NCBI GenBank assembly: GCA_963801935.1
Contig: CAWDHA010000014.1
Location: 6,608-70,607, forward strand
DNA length: 64,000 bases
Direction of reading: 5' to 3'
Source: an uncultured delta proteobacterium
GTDB lineage: Bacteria > Desulfobacterota > Binatia > UBA9968
In this document: positions 8,652 through 17,257 of the stretch, piece by piece
How positions within the stretch are numbered: position 1 is the first letter of the stretch
How the letters are laid out: each line of letters opens with the position of its first letter
Made by a program: the position numbers and the translations under genes
Notes under the pieces: generated by a model
What the model was told of the DNA's origin: nothing
Seen by the model: the letters and a program-made list of their open reading frames with translations, nothing else
The model's database searches: none

Positions 8652-9629
8652 ATGCAACCGTTTCTAGAAAAACTTCATCTAAACTTTGATGTCCTTAGAC
8701 GGCGCGCGCTCGAAGTGTTGCAGGTCAATATGGGCCGCTACTGCAACTTGGCCTGTGTGCACTGCCACGTCGAGTCCGGCCCGACGCGCAAAGAGATGAT
8801 GAGCCGCGCCAGAGTCGATGCCGTGCTGCGATTTCTTCAGAGCACGCAGATCGCCACTCTCGACATTACCGGCGGCGCGCCCGAGTTGCACCCGAATTTC
8901 GATTACCTGGTCGAGTCAGCCCGGGAATTTGGCCGCCATGTGATGGATCGTTGTAACCTGACGGTGATCTTTGAGCCGGGCAAAGACTATTTGCCGGAGT
9001 TTTTTCGCCGTCACCAGGTCGAACTGGTTTGCTCGCTGCCATGCTATTCGGTGGAGAACGTCGATAAGCAGCGTGGCAAAGGGACGTTCGACGCAAGTAT
9101 TCGCGCCTTAAAGATCCTGAACGGCCAGGGTTACGGCCATCCCGGCAGCTCGCTGCTCCTGAACCTCGTCTATAATCCGGTCGGGCCGCATCTGCCGCCG
9201 GCGCAAGCCGAGCTGGAAGCGGATTACAAGCGCATCCTCAAAGAACAGTTCGGTATCGTTTTTCATCATCTTTTCTGCTTGACCAACATGCCGATCACGC
9301 GCTACGCGACGCACTTGAAGCTGCGCGGCGAGTTGGGTGGCTACTTAAATCTCCTGGAGCAGAACTTCAACGCGGCAACCCTCGATCAAGTGATGTGCCG
9401 TAATCTCATCAGCGTTGGCTGGAACGGCTCTGTGTACGATTGCGATTTCAACCAGATGCTCGATCTGCCGCTGCGTGACGTGGACGGGGGCCGCCTGGAT
9501 ATTGCCTCGCTGACTCTTGATCAGCTCAGGGAGCGCGCCATTACAGTCGCCGATCATTGTTACGCCTGCACGGCGGGCTCGGGTAGCAGCTGCGGCGGCG
9601 CTCTGGTGGCAAAGGAGACGGCGGCGTGA
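8652..9629 (+). CDS. arsS: Arsenosugar-biosynthesis radical SAM protein (ArsS; radical SAM/Cys-rich domain family)
   Basis: CxxxCxxC motif in CNLACVHCH. The C-terminal CYACTAGSGSSCGG is the position that is Sec in some homologs and is Cys here. The gene follows arsM. Confidence 0.8.
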   Translation: MQPFLEKLHLNFDVLRRRALEVLQVNMGRYCNLACVHCHVESGPTRKEMMSRARVDAVLRFLQSTQIATLDITGGAPELHPNFDYLVESAREFGRHVMDRCNLTVIFEPGKDYLPEFFRRHQVELVCSLPCYSVENVDKQRGKGTFDASIRALKILNGQGYGHPGSSLLLNLVYNPVGPHLPPAQAELEADYKRILKEQFGIVFHHLFCLTNMPITRYATHLKLRGELGGYLNLLEQNFNAATLDQVMCRNLISVGWNGSVYDCDFNQMLDLPLRDVDGGRLDIASLTLDQLRERAITVADHCYACTAGSGSSCGGALVAKETAA

Positions 9630-9956
9630 AAAACATTTTAGTTGGATTGCTCGCGGGAACGCTGTTCGTTACGGCAAAGATTCCCGAGCGACCCCGTCAC
9701 CGGTCTTTTCGCTGATAGGAATGACCGACGACCGAGGACTAAGGACGGGAACGAAGATCGACCGGTGACGGCAAACTGACCGACGGTCCCCGGTCTTGCG
9801 TCTCCGGTCTTTTGACAACGCCTTGCGCTTAGCTCGTTGCCGACAGAGTCTTTCGGCGCCGAGAGCTCGGTTGAAGTCACGCTCTGGCATCCAAACACCA
9901 GGTTGAATCATCCAAAGAATCATTAAACACCGCGCCGCTTTGAAAACCGCGCCGGA

Positions 9957-12209
9957 TTGGAGATGAAACCCACTAAAATTCTGCTCGCTGCCTTGCTGGT
10001 TGCCGGCTTGCTGGCGGCTCTCTTCCTCCTGCCCGTGCGCGACTGGTTCAGGCATTTCGAAAGTTCCGTCCAATCGCTTGGCGCGGTCGGTCCGGTGATC
10101 GTGGTTCTGGCTTACATCCTGTGCACAGTTTTCTTTATTCCCGGCAGCGCGCTGACGATCGGGTCGGGCACTTTGTTTGGTTTGGCGACCGGCTTTGTGG
10201 TGGTCTTTCTCGGCGCCAATCTGGGAGCACTGGCGGCGTTTTTACTGGCGCGCACTTTCTTGCGGGAGAGAGTGGCCAACTGGGCCCGAGCTTATCCCAA
10301 ATTCCGCTCGCTGGACCAAGCGATCGGCCGGCAGGGCTTCAAGATGGTTCTATTGACGCGCTTGAGCCCGGTTTTTCCTTTTGTCCTGTTGAATTACTTT
10401 CTCGGCCTGACGGCGGTGCGCACCAGCTCCTACGTTCCGGCAAATTTGATCGGCATGCTGCCGGCAACTTTTCTTTTTGTTTACATCGGCGCCGCGGCGC
10501 GCGATGCTCTGGCGGGCCAGCCCGACGGCGCGGCCGGATTTTACCAAGAGATTCTTAAGTACATCGGACTCGCCGCCACGGTTGCCGTGGTCATGGTCGT
10601 AACGCGCATAGCTCGCAAGGCGTTGCGCGAAGCGGAACAAAATCAACCAGAGAGCGCTACAGAGCCGCGCCTCGATTCAAACCACCGGCCGGCGCCTGTC
10701 GATGAGATGATGCTCCTCGATGATGTCCACGACCGACGATTGGTCGAGAACTGTCATCCGCATGGGTGGCTCAATCCGACGCCGTCAGGAAAGTACAATC
10801 TGCTAGTGATCGGCGGTGGCACTGCCGGCCTGGTGAGCGCGGCGGGCGCGGCGGGGCTGGGTGCCAAAGTGGCCCTTATCGAACGCACTCTCCTGGGAGG
10901 GGATTGTTTGAACGTCGGCTGCGTCCCGTCCAAGGGCGTGATTCGCGCCGCCCGGGCGGTTTTCGATGCGCGCCACGGCGGCGAGTTCGGCGTCCATGCC
11001 AATGGCGCGCGGGGCGCTGATTTCGCCGCGGCCATGGAGAGGATGCGCCGGTTGCGCGCCGGCATCAGCGCCCATGATTCGGCGGAACGCTTCCGCAGGC
11101 TCGGCGTCGACGTTTACATCGGTCATGGAGCTTTTACAGCCTCCGACACCGTCGAAGTCGATGGTAGGCCTTTGGAGTTCGATCGCGCCGTGATTGCTAC
11201 CGGCGCGCGCGCCACGGAGTTGCCAATTCCCGGCCTTAAAGAAAGCGGTTATTACACCAACGAAACGATATTTACCCTAACCGAGTTGCCGCGCCGTCTG
11301 GTCGTCATCGGCGCGGGCCCGATCGGTTGTGAGCTGGCGCAGGCGCTCGGGCGCTTCGGCAGCGAGGTGACGATGATCACCGATGGCGCGGAAATTTTGC
11401 CTAAAGAAGATCGCGATGCGGCTTCAGTGTTGCGCCGCCAGATGGAGTGCGAAGGCGTGACGATCGTCACTCACGCGAAGATTGAAAAGGTCGGCGGCAA
11501 CGGCGCCGGCAAACAGGTCTCAATTGCCGCTGCCGGCAAGATCCGGCAGATCGCTTGCGACGCAATTTTACTTTCCGTGGGTCGCCAGCCGAACCTCGAA
11601 GGGTTGGGTTTGGAGAAAGCCCGGGTTGATTTCACGCGCCGCGGCGTGGTGGTCGATGAAAGGTTACGCACGTCCAACTCGCGCATCTTTGCCGCGGGCG
11701 ATGTCTGTTCGCAGTACAAGTTCACGCACGCCGCCGACGCCATGGCGCGCATCGTCCTCGCCAACGCATTGTTCTTTGCCCGGCGCAAGGTAACCGACCT
11801 GGTGATCCCATGGTGCACCTACACCGATCCCGAAATCGCCCACGTCGGCTACTACGAAAAAAACACCAAGCTTACGGGATATGAACTGGCAACGCTCACC
11901 GAACCCTTCAGTCATGTAGATCGCGCGATTCTCGACGGCGAAGAGGAGGGATTTGCCAGGGTGCACTACGATAAGAAAACCGGCAGGATCTTGGGCGGCA
12001 CCGTGGTGGCGCGCCATGCGGGTGAAATGATCAGTGAACTGACCCTGGCGATGGTGGCGAAACAAACGGTCGGCGCCTTGTCAGCGACGATTCACCCCTA
12101 TCCGACCCAGGCGGAGGTGCTGCGCAAAATCGGCGATGCCTACATGCGCGCAAAGCTGACGCCGACGATAAAAAAAATATTAAAGACTTGGCTGGAGTGG
12201 CGGCGCTGA
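9957..12209 (+). CDS. Fusion of a DedA/TVP38-TMEM64 membrane domain with a class-I FAD pyridine nucleotide-disulfide oxidoreductase (mercuric-reductase-like)
   Basis: About 220 N-terminal aa are multi-TM (…FFIPGSALTIGSGTLFG…LTRLSPVFPF…). Next come GGGTAGL (FAD binding), the redox disulfide GGDCLNVGCVPSK, and the C-terminal IHPYPTQAE. Confidence 0.8.
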   Translation: MEMKPTKILLAALLVAGLLAALFLLPVRDWFRHFESSVQSLGAVGPVIVVLAYILCTVFFIPGSALTIGSGTLFGLATGFVVVFLGANLGALAAFLLARTFLRERVANWARAYPKFRSLDQAIGRQGFKMVLLTRLSPVFPFVLLNYFLGLTAVRTSSYVPANLIGMLPATFLFVYIGAAARDALAGQPDGAAGFYQEILKYIGLAATVAVVMVVTRIARKALREAEQNQPESATEPRLDSNHRPAPVDEMMLLDDVHDRRLVENCHPHGWLNPTPSGKYNLLVIGGGTAGLVSAAGAAGLGAKVALIERTLLGGDCLNVGCVPSKGVIRAARAVFDARHGGEFGVHANGARGADFAAAMERMRRLRAGISAHDSAERFRRLGVDVYIGHGAFTASDTVEVDGRPLEFDRAVIATGARATELPIPGLKESGYYTNETIFTLTELPRRLVVIGAGPIGCELAQALGRFGSEVTMITDGAEILPKEDRDAASVLRRQMECEGVTIVTHAKIEKVGGNGAGKQVSIAAAGKIRQIACDAILLSVGRQPNLEGLGLEKARVDFTRRGVVVDERLRTSNSRIFAAGDVCSQYKFTHAADAMARIVLANALFFARRKVTDLVIPWCTYTDPEIAHVGYYEKNTKLTGYELATLTEPFSHVDRAILDGEEEGFARVHYDKKTGRILGGTVVARHAGEMISELTLAMVAKQTVGALSATIHPYPTQAEVLRKIGDAYMRAKLTPTIKKILKTWLEWRR

Positions 12210-12232
12210 AGTCGAGACGGTAATCGGAGGTT

Positions 12233-13078
12233 TTGATGGAATTCCGTAGCCGGCGGGCTGCTAACTTTTTTGCCGGAGTTCTGCTGCTTGCTCTGTTTGG
12301 CGCGCCGAAAGCAGAGCTCTGGCCGCGCTGGGAGAAGCATGATGGCGCGAGCGTTCAAAAAGTCGATCACACGGCGTGGAATGCATTTCTCAAGAAGCAT
12401 CTGCTCGCGCCGCATGCTTCCGGAGTCAACCGCGTGCGTTATGGGAACGTATCGATAGAGGACCGAAAGGCGCTCAAGAGCTATCTTGCCGAGCTGCAGA
12501 GGGTGGCCATTTCCTCCTATCATCGCGGCGAGCAGAGAGCGTACTGGATCAATCTCTACAATGCCCTCACCGTCGACGTGGTGCTGTCTCATTATCCTGT
12601 CGAGTCGATCCGCGACATCGGCATCTCGCCTGGGCTATTCAACCGCGGTCCCTGGGACGCTAAGCTGATGGTGATCGAGGGTGAAAAGCTTTCGTTGAAC
12701 GACATCGAACATCGTATCTTACGTCCCATCTGGCGCGACCCCCGGCTGCATTACGCGGTAAACTGCGCCAGTCTCGGTTGTCCCAACCTCCAGGCGGAGG
12801 CTTACAGCGCGGAGAACGCCGAAGCGCTGTTGGAAAGAGGCGCGCGCGAGTACATCAACCACCGGCGCGGCTTAACGCTCAAGGAGGGCAAGCTGACGGT
12901 CTCCAGCATCTATGATTGGTTCAAGGAGGATTTTGGCGCCAGCCGCGAGCCGCTCATGCAACACTGGCTAAAGTATGCCGACAAGAGTCTGGCCGAAGTC
13001 TTGAAGAATTATCGCGGCAGATTGAGCCATGCTTATGATTGGAGTCTCAACGGGCCCGAGCAGAAGTTAGAACCGTAA
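12233..13078 (+). CDS. DUF547 domain protein with signal peptide
   Basis: YWINLYNALTV...LSLNDIEHRILRP...DPRLHYAVNCASLGCPNL, with a hydrophobic N-terminal leader. Confidence 0.75.
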   Translation: MMEFRSRRAANFFAGVLLLALFGAPKAELWPRWEKHDGASVQKVDHTAWNAFLKKHLLAPHASGVNRVRYGNVSIEDRKALKSYLAELQRVAISSYHRGEQRAYWINLYNALTVDVVLSHYPVESIRDIGISPGLFNRGPWDAKLMVIEGEKLSLNDIEHRILRPIWRDPRLHYAVNCASLGCPNLQAEAYSAENAEALLERGAREYINHRRGLTLKEGKLTVSSIYDWFKEDFGASREPLMQHWLKYADKSLAEVLKNYRGRLSHAYDWSLNGPEQKLEP

Positions 13079-13099
13079 TGTCTGCGAGGACTCGTTCGC

Positions 13100-13792
13100 G
13101 TGAAGCCGATGCAGCTTTCGATCTCGGTTATTATTCCGGTTCTCAATGAAGAGCTGACGATTGAAGCTCTACTGGAATCACTGCTGCGCCTGAAGCCGGA
13201 CGAAATTCTCGTCGTCGATGGCGGCAGCCTCGATAAGACCCGGGAACTGGCGGCTGCTTTGGGTGTGCGGGTGATCTCGTGCGCGCGTGGCCGGGCGCGC
13301 CAGATGAACGAAGGAGCCAGGTTAGCGCGGGGCGCGGTGCTGCTGTTTCTTCATGCCGATACGCGCTTACCGGAGTCGGCTTTCTTTGACATTCGCGGCG
13401 CCATGCAGAGTCCCAGCAACGTCGGCGGCCGCTTTGACATTGCGCTCGACGGTGCAGGCTGGGTGCTCAAATGGGTCGGCGCCATGATCAGCCTGCGCTC
13501 GCGCTTGAGCGGGGTTGCGACCGGTGATCAAGCGATATTTGTCCGGCGCGAAGTTTTCACCAGGCTCGGCGGTTACCCCGATATCCCGCTGATGGAGGAC
13601 GTGGCGTTGTCGCGGGCGCTCAAACGCGCGGGCAAAGTGGTGCGCTTGAAGAGCCGGGTCATCACCTCGGCGCGGCGCTGGCAAACCGAAGGGGTATGGC
13701 GCACGATCTTCAAGATGTGGGCGCTCAAATTGCTATATCTGCTCGGCGTCTCACCGTTTCGACTGAAGCGCTTTTATGGCGAGCCGCGCTGA
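13100..13792 (+). CDS. GT2-like glycosyltransferase (TIGR04283-type, arsenosugar/rSAM-selenodomain-associated transferase 2)
   Basis: SVIIPVLNEE...VVDGGSLD...LFLHADT, and the context next to a DUF2064 gene. The start may be the ATG at 13109. Confidence 0.7.
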   Translation: MKPMQLSISVIIPVLNEELTIEALLESLLRLKPDEILVVDGGSLDKTRELAAALGVRVISCARGRARQMNEGARLARGAVLLFLHADTRLPESAFFDIRGAMQSPSNVGGRFDIALDGAGWVLKWVGAMISLRSRLSGVATGDQAIFVRREVFTRLGGYPDIPLMEDVALSRALKRAGKVVRLKSRVITSARRWQTEGVWRTIFKMWALKLLYLLGVSPFRLKRFYGEPR

Positions 13793-14459
13793 CGCGCTGG
13801 TGGTAATGACCAAAGCGCCGCTGCCTGGTCAAAGCAAGACCAGGCTGGTGCCGCCGCTGAGCTTCGGAGAGGCGGCGGCGCTGGCGCGCGCGCTGTTGAT
13901 CGATCAACTGGATCACCTCGCAAGTTTTAGCGGCGCCGAGTTATTTGTCGCGTTCGCGCCGCCAGACGCCGCGGCGTTTTTTCAAGCGCTGGTGCCGGCG
14001 CGCTTCGCGATTTTTCCCCAGGAGGGCGAAGACCTGGGAGAACGCATGGGGCAAGCCTTTCAACATCTTTTCGCAAGCGGCTTTGGGAACATCCTGTTGA
14101 TTGGCAGCGACCTGCCGCCGATCGGGCTGCCAACATTGGCTAACGCTTATGCATCGCTTAGCGCCGGCAAGGACGTCGTCCTCGGTGCCGCTGAAGACGG
14201 TGGCTACTATCTGATCGGCATGAGCCATTTAATTATCGATGTCTTTGAAGGGATGCACTGGAGCCGCGCCGACGTGCTGGAGCGAACTTTGGCAAAGATC
14301 AAGCGCGCTGGTTTGAGCTACGAGCTCTTGCCAGCATGCCAGGATATAGACACCCCGGACGATCTCGCTCGCCTCTACTCCAGGCACCAGGCCGAGCCTT
14401 TTCTCTTGAAAAATACCGCGACTCTGTTGCAGGAACTCCGGCAGCGAGGCAAACTGTAA
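13776..14459 (+). CDS. DUF2064 / TIGR04282-type transferase-like protein
   Basis: VVMTKAPLPGQSKTRL... is the typical DUF2064 N-terminus. The gene overlaps the upstream gene by 17 nt. Confidence 0.7.
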   Translation: MASRADALVVMTKAPLPGQSKTRLVPPLSFGEAAALARALLIDQLDHLASFSGAELFVAFAPPDAAAFFQALVPARFAIFPQEGEDLGERMGQAFQHLFASGFGNILLIGSDLPPIGLPTLANAYASLSAGKDVVLGAAEDGGYYLIGMSHLIIDVFEGMHWSRADVLERTLAKIKRAGLSYELLPACQDIDTPDDLARLYSRHQAEPFLLKNTATLLQELRQRGKL

Positions 14460-14466
14460 GTAGAGT

Positions 14467-14630
14467 CTAGCAGCCCGTGGTGAAAGTGTGGCGGCGCGCC
14501 GAGACGGGCGAGGCGCCCTGATGGCAAGGCGCGACGCGCGAGAATATCGGGATATTTGAGGGGAGGAGCAACGCACAATGGGGATCGATCGCCCGTCGAA
14601 TGCAGTCAGACTTTCACCACGGGCTGCTAG
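14467..14630 (-). repeat. F1 element, copy 2 (inverted orientation)
   Basis: CTAGCAGCCCGTGGTGAAAGTGTGG...CAGACTTTCACCACGGGCTGCTAG. The reverse complement aligns with copies 1 and 3. It starts 8 nt after the upstream stop codon. Confidence 0.85.
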
Positions 14631-14723
14631 CTCATCACATTAGTCAAAAGTCTTTTGCTGCCGGTTGTGAAATGGTCCGTCCAAAGAGCAGCGCTCTCCC
14701 TGGACGCTGGGGAGAATTTTTCG

Positions 14724-16784
14724 ATGCAAGAAACCCGAGACAAGATCGACGAGCTATGCGTCAACGCTATCCGCATGCTTTCCGTGGATGCCGTGGAAAA
14801 GGCGAAATCAGGCCACCCCGGCGCTCCCATGGGTCTCGCGCCCGTCGCCTTTGTGCTGTGGACGCGCTTTCTTAAACACAATCCGAAAAATTCCGGGTGG
14901 CCGGATCGCGATCGCTTCGTTCTGTCCGCCGGACACGCCTCCATGCTGCTTTACAGCATGCTGCACCTTACCGGCTACCAAGACCTTTCTCTCGATCAGA
15001 TCAAACAGTTTCGCCAGTGGGGAAGCCGCACGCCCGGGCATCCGGAACGCGAGCTTGCCGCCGGCATCGAGACGACGACGGGCCCGCTCGGCCAGGGTTT
15101 CGGTAACGGCGTCGGCATGGCCATTGCTGAGGCGTTTCTGGCGGCTCGCTACAATCGCCCGGGATTCGCGATCATTGATCATTTCACCTACTCGATCGTC
15201 AGCGACGGCGATCTGATGGAGGGCGTGGCGGCGGAGGCCGCGAGCCTGGCGGGACATCTGAAGCTCGGCAAATTGATTTATTTTTACGATAACAATCGCA
15301 TCTCGCTTGCCGCGTCCACCGATCTGACCTTCACCGAGGACGTCGCCAAGAGATTCGACGCCTATGGTTGGCATACCCAATCAGTGGATGACGGCAACGA
15401 TTTGAATGCCATCGATCGCGCGCTCAGTCTTGCGCAGAGCGAGACTCGGCGGCCGTCGATTATTCTGGTGCGCACGCACATCGGCTACGGTTCGCCCGGC
15501 AAGCAAGACAGTTTCGAGGCGCACGGCGCTCCCCTGGGCGAAGAAGAAGCCAAGAAAACCAAACAGAAATTGGGCTGGACGTCCGAACCTTTTCATATTC
15601 CGGAAGATGCGCTGGCGCGCTTTCGCGCATCAATTGGCCGAGGTGAAAAAGCCGAGAAGGGATGGCACGAAAAGTTTTCCGCTTACAAGGGAAAATTTCC
15701 GGAATTGGCACAAGAACTTGAAGGAGTGCTCCGCGGCGAGCTGCCGCAAGGCTGGGACGCGGCGATTCCCGAGTTTGACGCCGACCCCAAAGGTTTGGCC
15801 ACACGCGCTGCGTCGGGGAAAATTTTGAATGCCATCGCGGCCAAGCTGCCGACGTTGATCGGCGGTTCGGCGGATCTGAATCCCTCCACTTTCACGGCGC
15901 TTACCAAGCTCGGTGATTTCGAGAGCCCTGAAAGGGACTTTCAGAACAGCCAAGGAATGTCCGGCGGCGGCGCCAATTACGCCGGCCGCAATTTGCATTT
16001 TGGCGTGCGCGAGCACGCCATGGGGGCTGTGCTCAATGGCATGGCGGCGCACGGCGGTGTCCACCCGTTTGGTTCAACCTTCCTGATCTTTTCAGATTAC
16101 TTGCGCCCATCGATGCGCCTGGCCGCGCTCATGGAAATCGGTGTTATTTATGTTTTTACCCATGACAGTATCGGCGTGGGTGAAGACGGTCCGACGCACC
16201 AACCGATCGAACAGCTCGCCGCTTTACGCGCCATCCCAAGGCTCGTCGTCATACGACCGGGGGACGCCAACGAGACCGCGGTGGCATGGCGCGTCGCGAT
16301 TGAAAGCAAAGACCGTCCGGTGGCATTGGCGTTGTCGCGGCAAAATCTGCCGACTCTGGACCGCAGCCAATTTACCTCCGCCAAGGGAGTGGCGCGCGGC
16401 GCTTATGTGTTGGCCGATGTCGACGGCGCGGCTCCCGATGTTATTCTGATCGGCACCGGCTCCGAACTCTCGTTGGTGGTTGGCGCCCGGGAAAAATTAT
16501 TGGAGCGAAACATCAAAGCGCGGGTCGTTTCGATGCCGAGCTGGGAGCTTTTCGATGCCCAGCCGCAGGAATATCGCGAATACGTTTTACCGCCTGCAAT
16601 CCGTCCGAGGCTGGCCGTTGAGGCGGCGCTGCCGCTCGGTTGGCATCGTTACGTCGGTGACCAGGGCGACGTCATCGGTGTCGAGCGCTTCGGCGCCTCG
16701 GCTCCGGGAAACATCGTGCTGGAGAAGTTCGGCTTCACGGTGGAGCGCGTGGTAGAACGCGCCCTGGCGCTGGTGGAGAAATAA
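14724..16784 (+). CDS. tkt: Transketolase
   Basis: SGHPGAPMG and [16 protein letters not shown] motifs. The ATG at 14724 ([11 protein letters not shown]...) is preferred over the ORF-track start at 14655. Confidence 0.9.
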   Translation: MQETRDKIDELCVNAIRMLSVDAVEKAKSGHPGAPMGLAPVAFVLWTRFLKHNPKNSGWPDRDRFVLSAGHASMLLYSMLHLTGYQDLSLDQIKQFRQWGSRTPGHPERELAAGIETTTGPLGQGFGNGVGMAIAEAFLAARYNRPGFAIIDHFTYSIVSDGDLMEGVAAEAASLAGHLKLGKLIYFYDNNRISLAASTDLTFTEDVAKRFDAYGWHTQSVDDGNDLNAIDRALSLAQSETRRPSIILVRTHIGYGSPGKQDSFEAHGAPLGEEEAKKTKQKLGWTSEPFHIPEDALARFRASIGRGEKAEKGWHEKFSAYKGKFPELAQELEGVLRGELPQGWDAAIPEFDADPKGLATRAASGKILNAIAAKLPTLIGGSADLNPSTFTALTKLGDFESPERDFQNSQGMSGGGANYAGRNLHFGVREHAMGAVLNGMAAHGGVHPFGSTFLIFSDYLRPSMRLAALMEIGVIYVFTHDSIGVGEDGPTHQPIEQLAALRAIPRLVVIRPGDANETAVAWRVAIESKDRPVALALSRQNLPTLDRSQFTSAKGVARGAYVLADVDGAAPDVILIGTGSELSLVVGAREKLLERNIKARVVSMPSWELFDAQPQEYREYVLPPAIRPRLAVEAALPLGWHRYVGDQGDVIGVERFGASAPGNIVLEKFGFTVERVVERALALVEK

Positions 16785-16786
16785 AA

Positions 16787-17245
16787 ATGCGGCTGGTGAT
16801 CGGCGCCGACCACGCCGGTTTTGCGCTCAAGCAACAACTCGCGACTCATCTACGCGAAGCTGGTCACGAAGTCATCGATATAGGTACGACAAGCAGCGAG
16901 CCGGTGGACTACCCGGATTTTGCCGAAGCCGTGGGCACAAGCTTGTGTAATAATCAGGCAGTTCGCGGCGTGCTCGTCTGCGGCAGCGGCGTCGGCGCCT
17001 CGGTTGCGGCTAATAAGATTCCTGGAATTCGCGCCGGCCTCTGCCACGACACGTATTCGGCGCATCAGGGGGTCGAGCACGACGACATGAACGTGCTCGT
17101 GCTCGGCGCGCGCGTGATCGGCCTCGAGCTTGCGAAGGAACTGGCCACGAGCTTCATTGCGGCCCGGTTCACCGGCGAAGCGCGCCATGCCCGGCGCCTT
17201 GAGAAAATAAAATCCCTGGAAGCGCGTTATCGGAATGGCAAATAA
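16787..17245 (+). CDS. rpiB: Ribose-5-phosphate isomerase B
   Basis: [15 protein letters not shown]...[13 protein letters not shown]; 152 aa. Confidence 0.9.
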   Translation: MRLVIGADHAGFALKQQLATHLREAGHEVIDIGTTSSEPVDYPDFAEAVGTSLCNNQAVRGVLVCGSGVGASVAANKIPGIRAGLCHDTYSAHQGVEHDDMNVLVLGARVIGLELAKELATSFIAARFTGEARHARRLEKIKSLEARYRNGK

Positions 17246-17257
17246 TAGAGAGGGATC

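Noticed and set aside
9626-9716. 29-aa hydrophobic ORF (GTG start overlapping the arsS stop as GTGA: MKNILVGLLAGTLFVTAKIPERPRHRSFR).
   Set aside because: Its coupling to arsS is attractive, but it is very short and its 3' half runs into low-complexity repeat DNA. I know of no conserved counterpart, so it is not reported as a feature.
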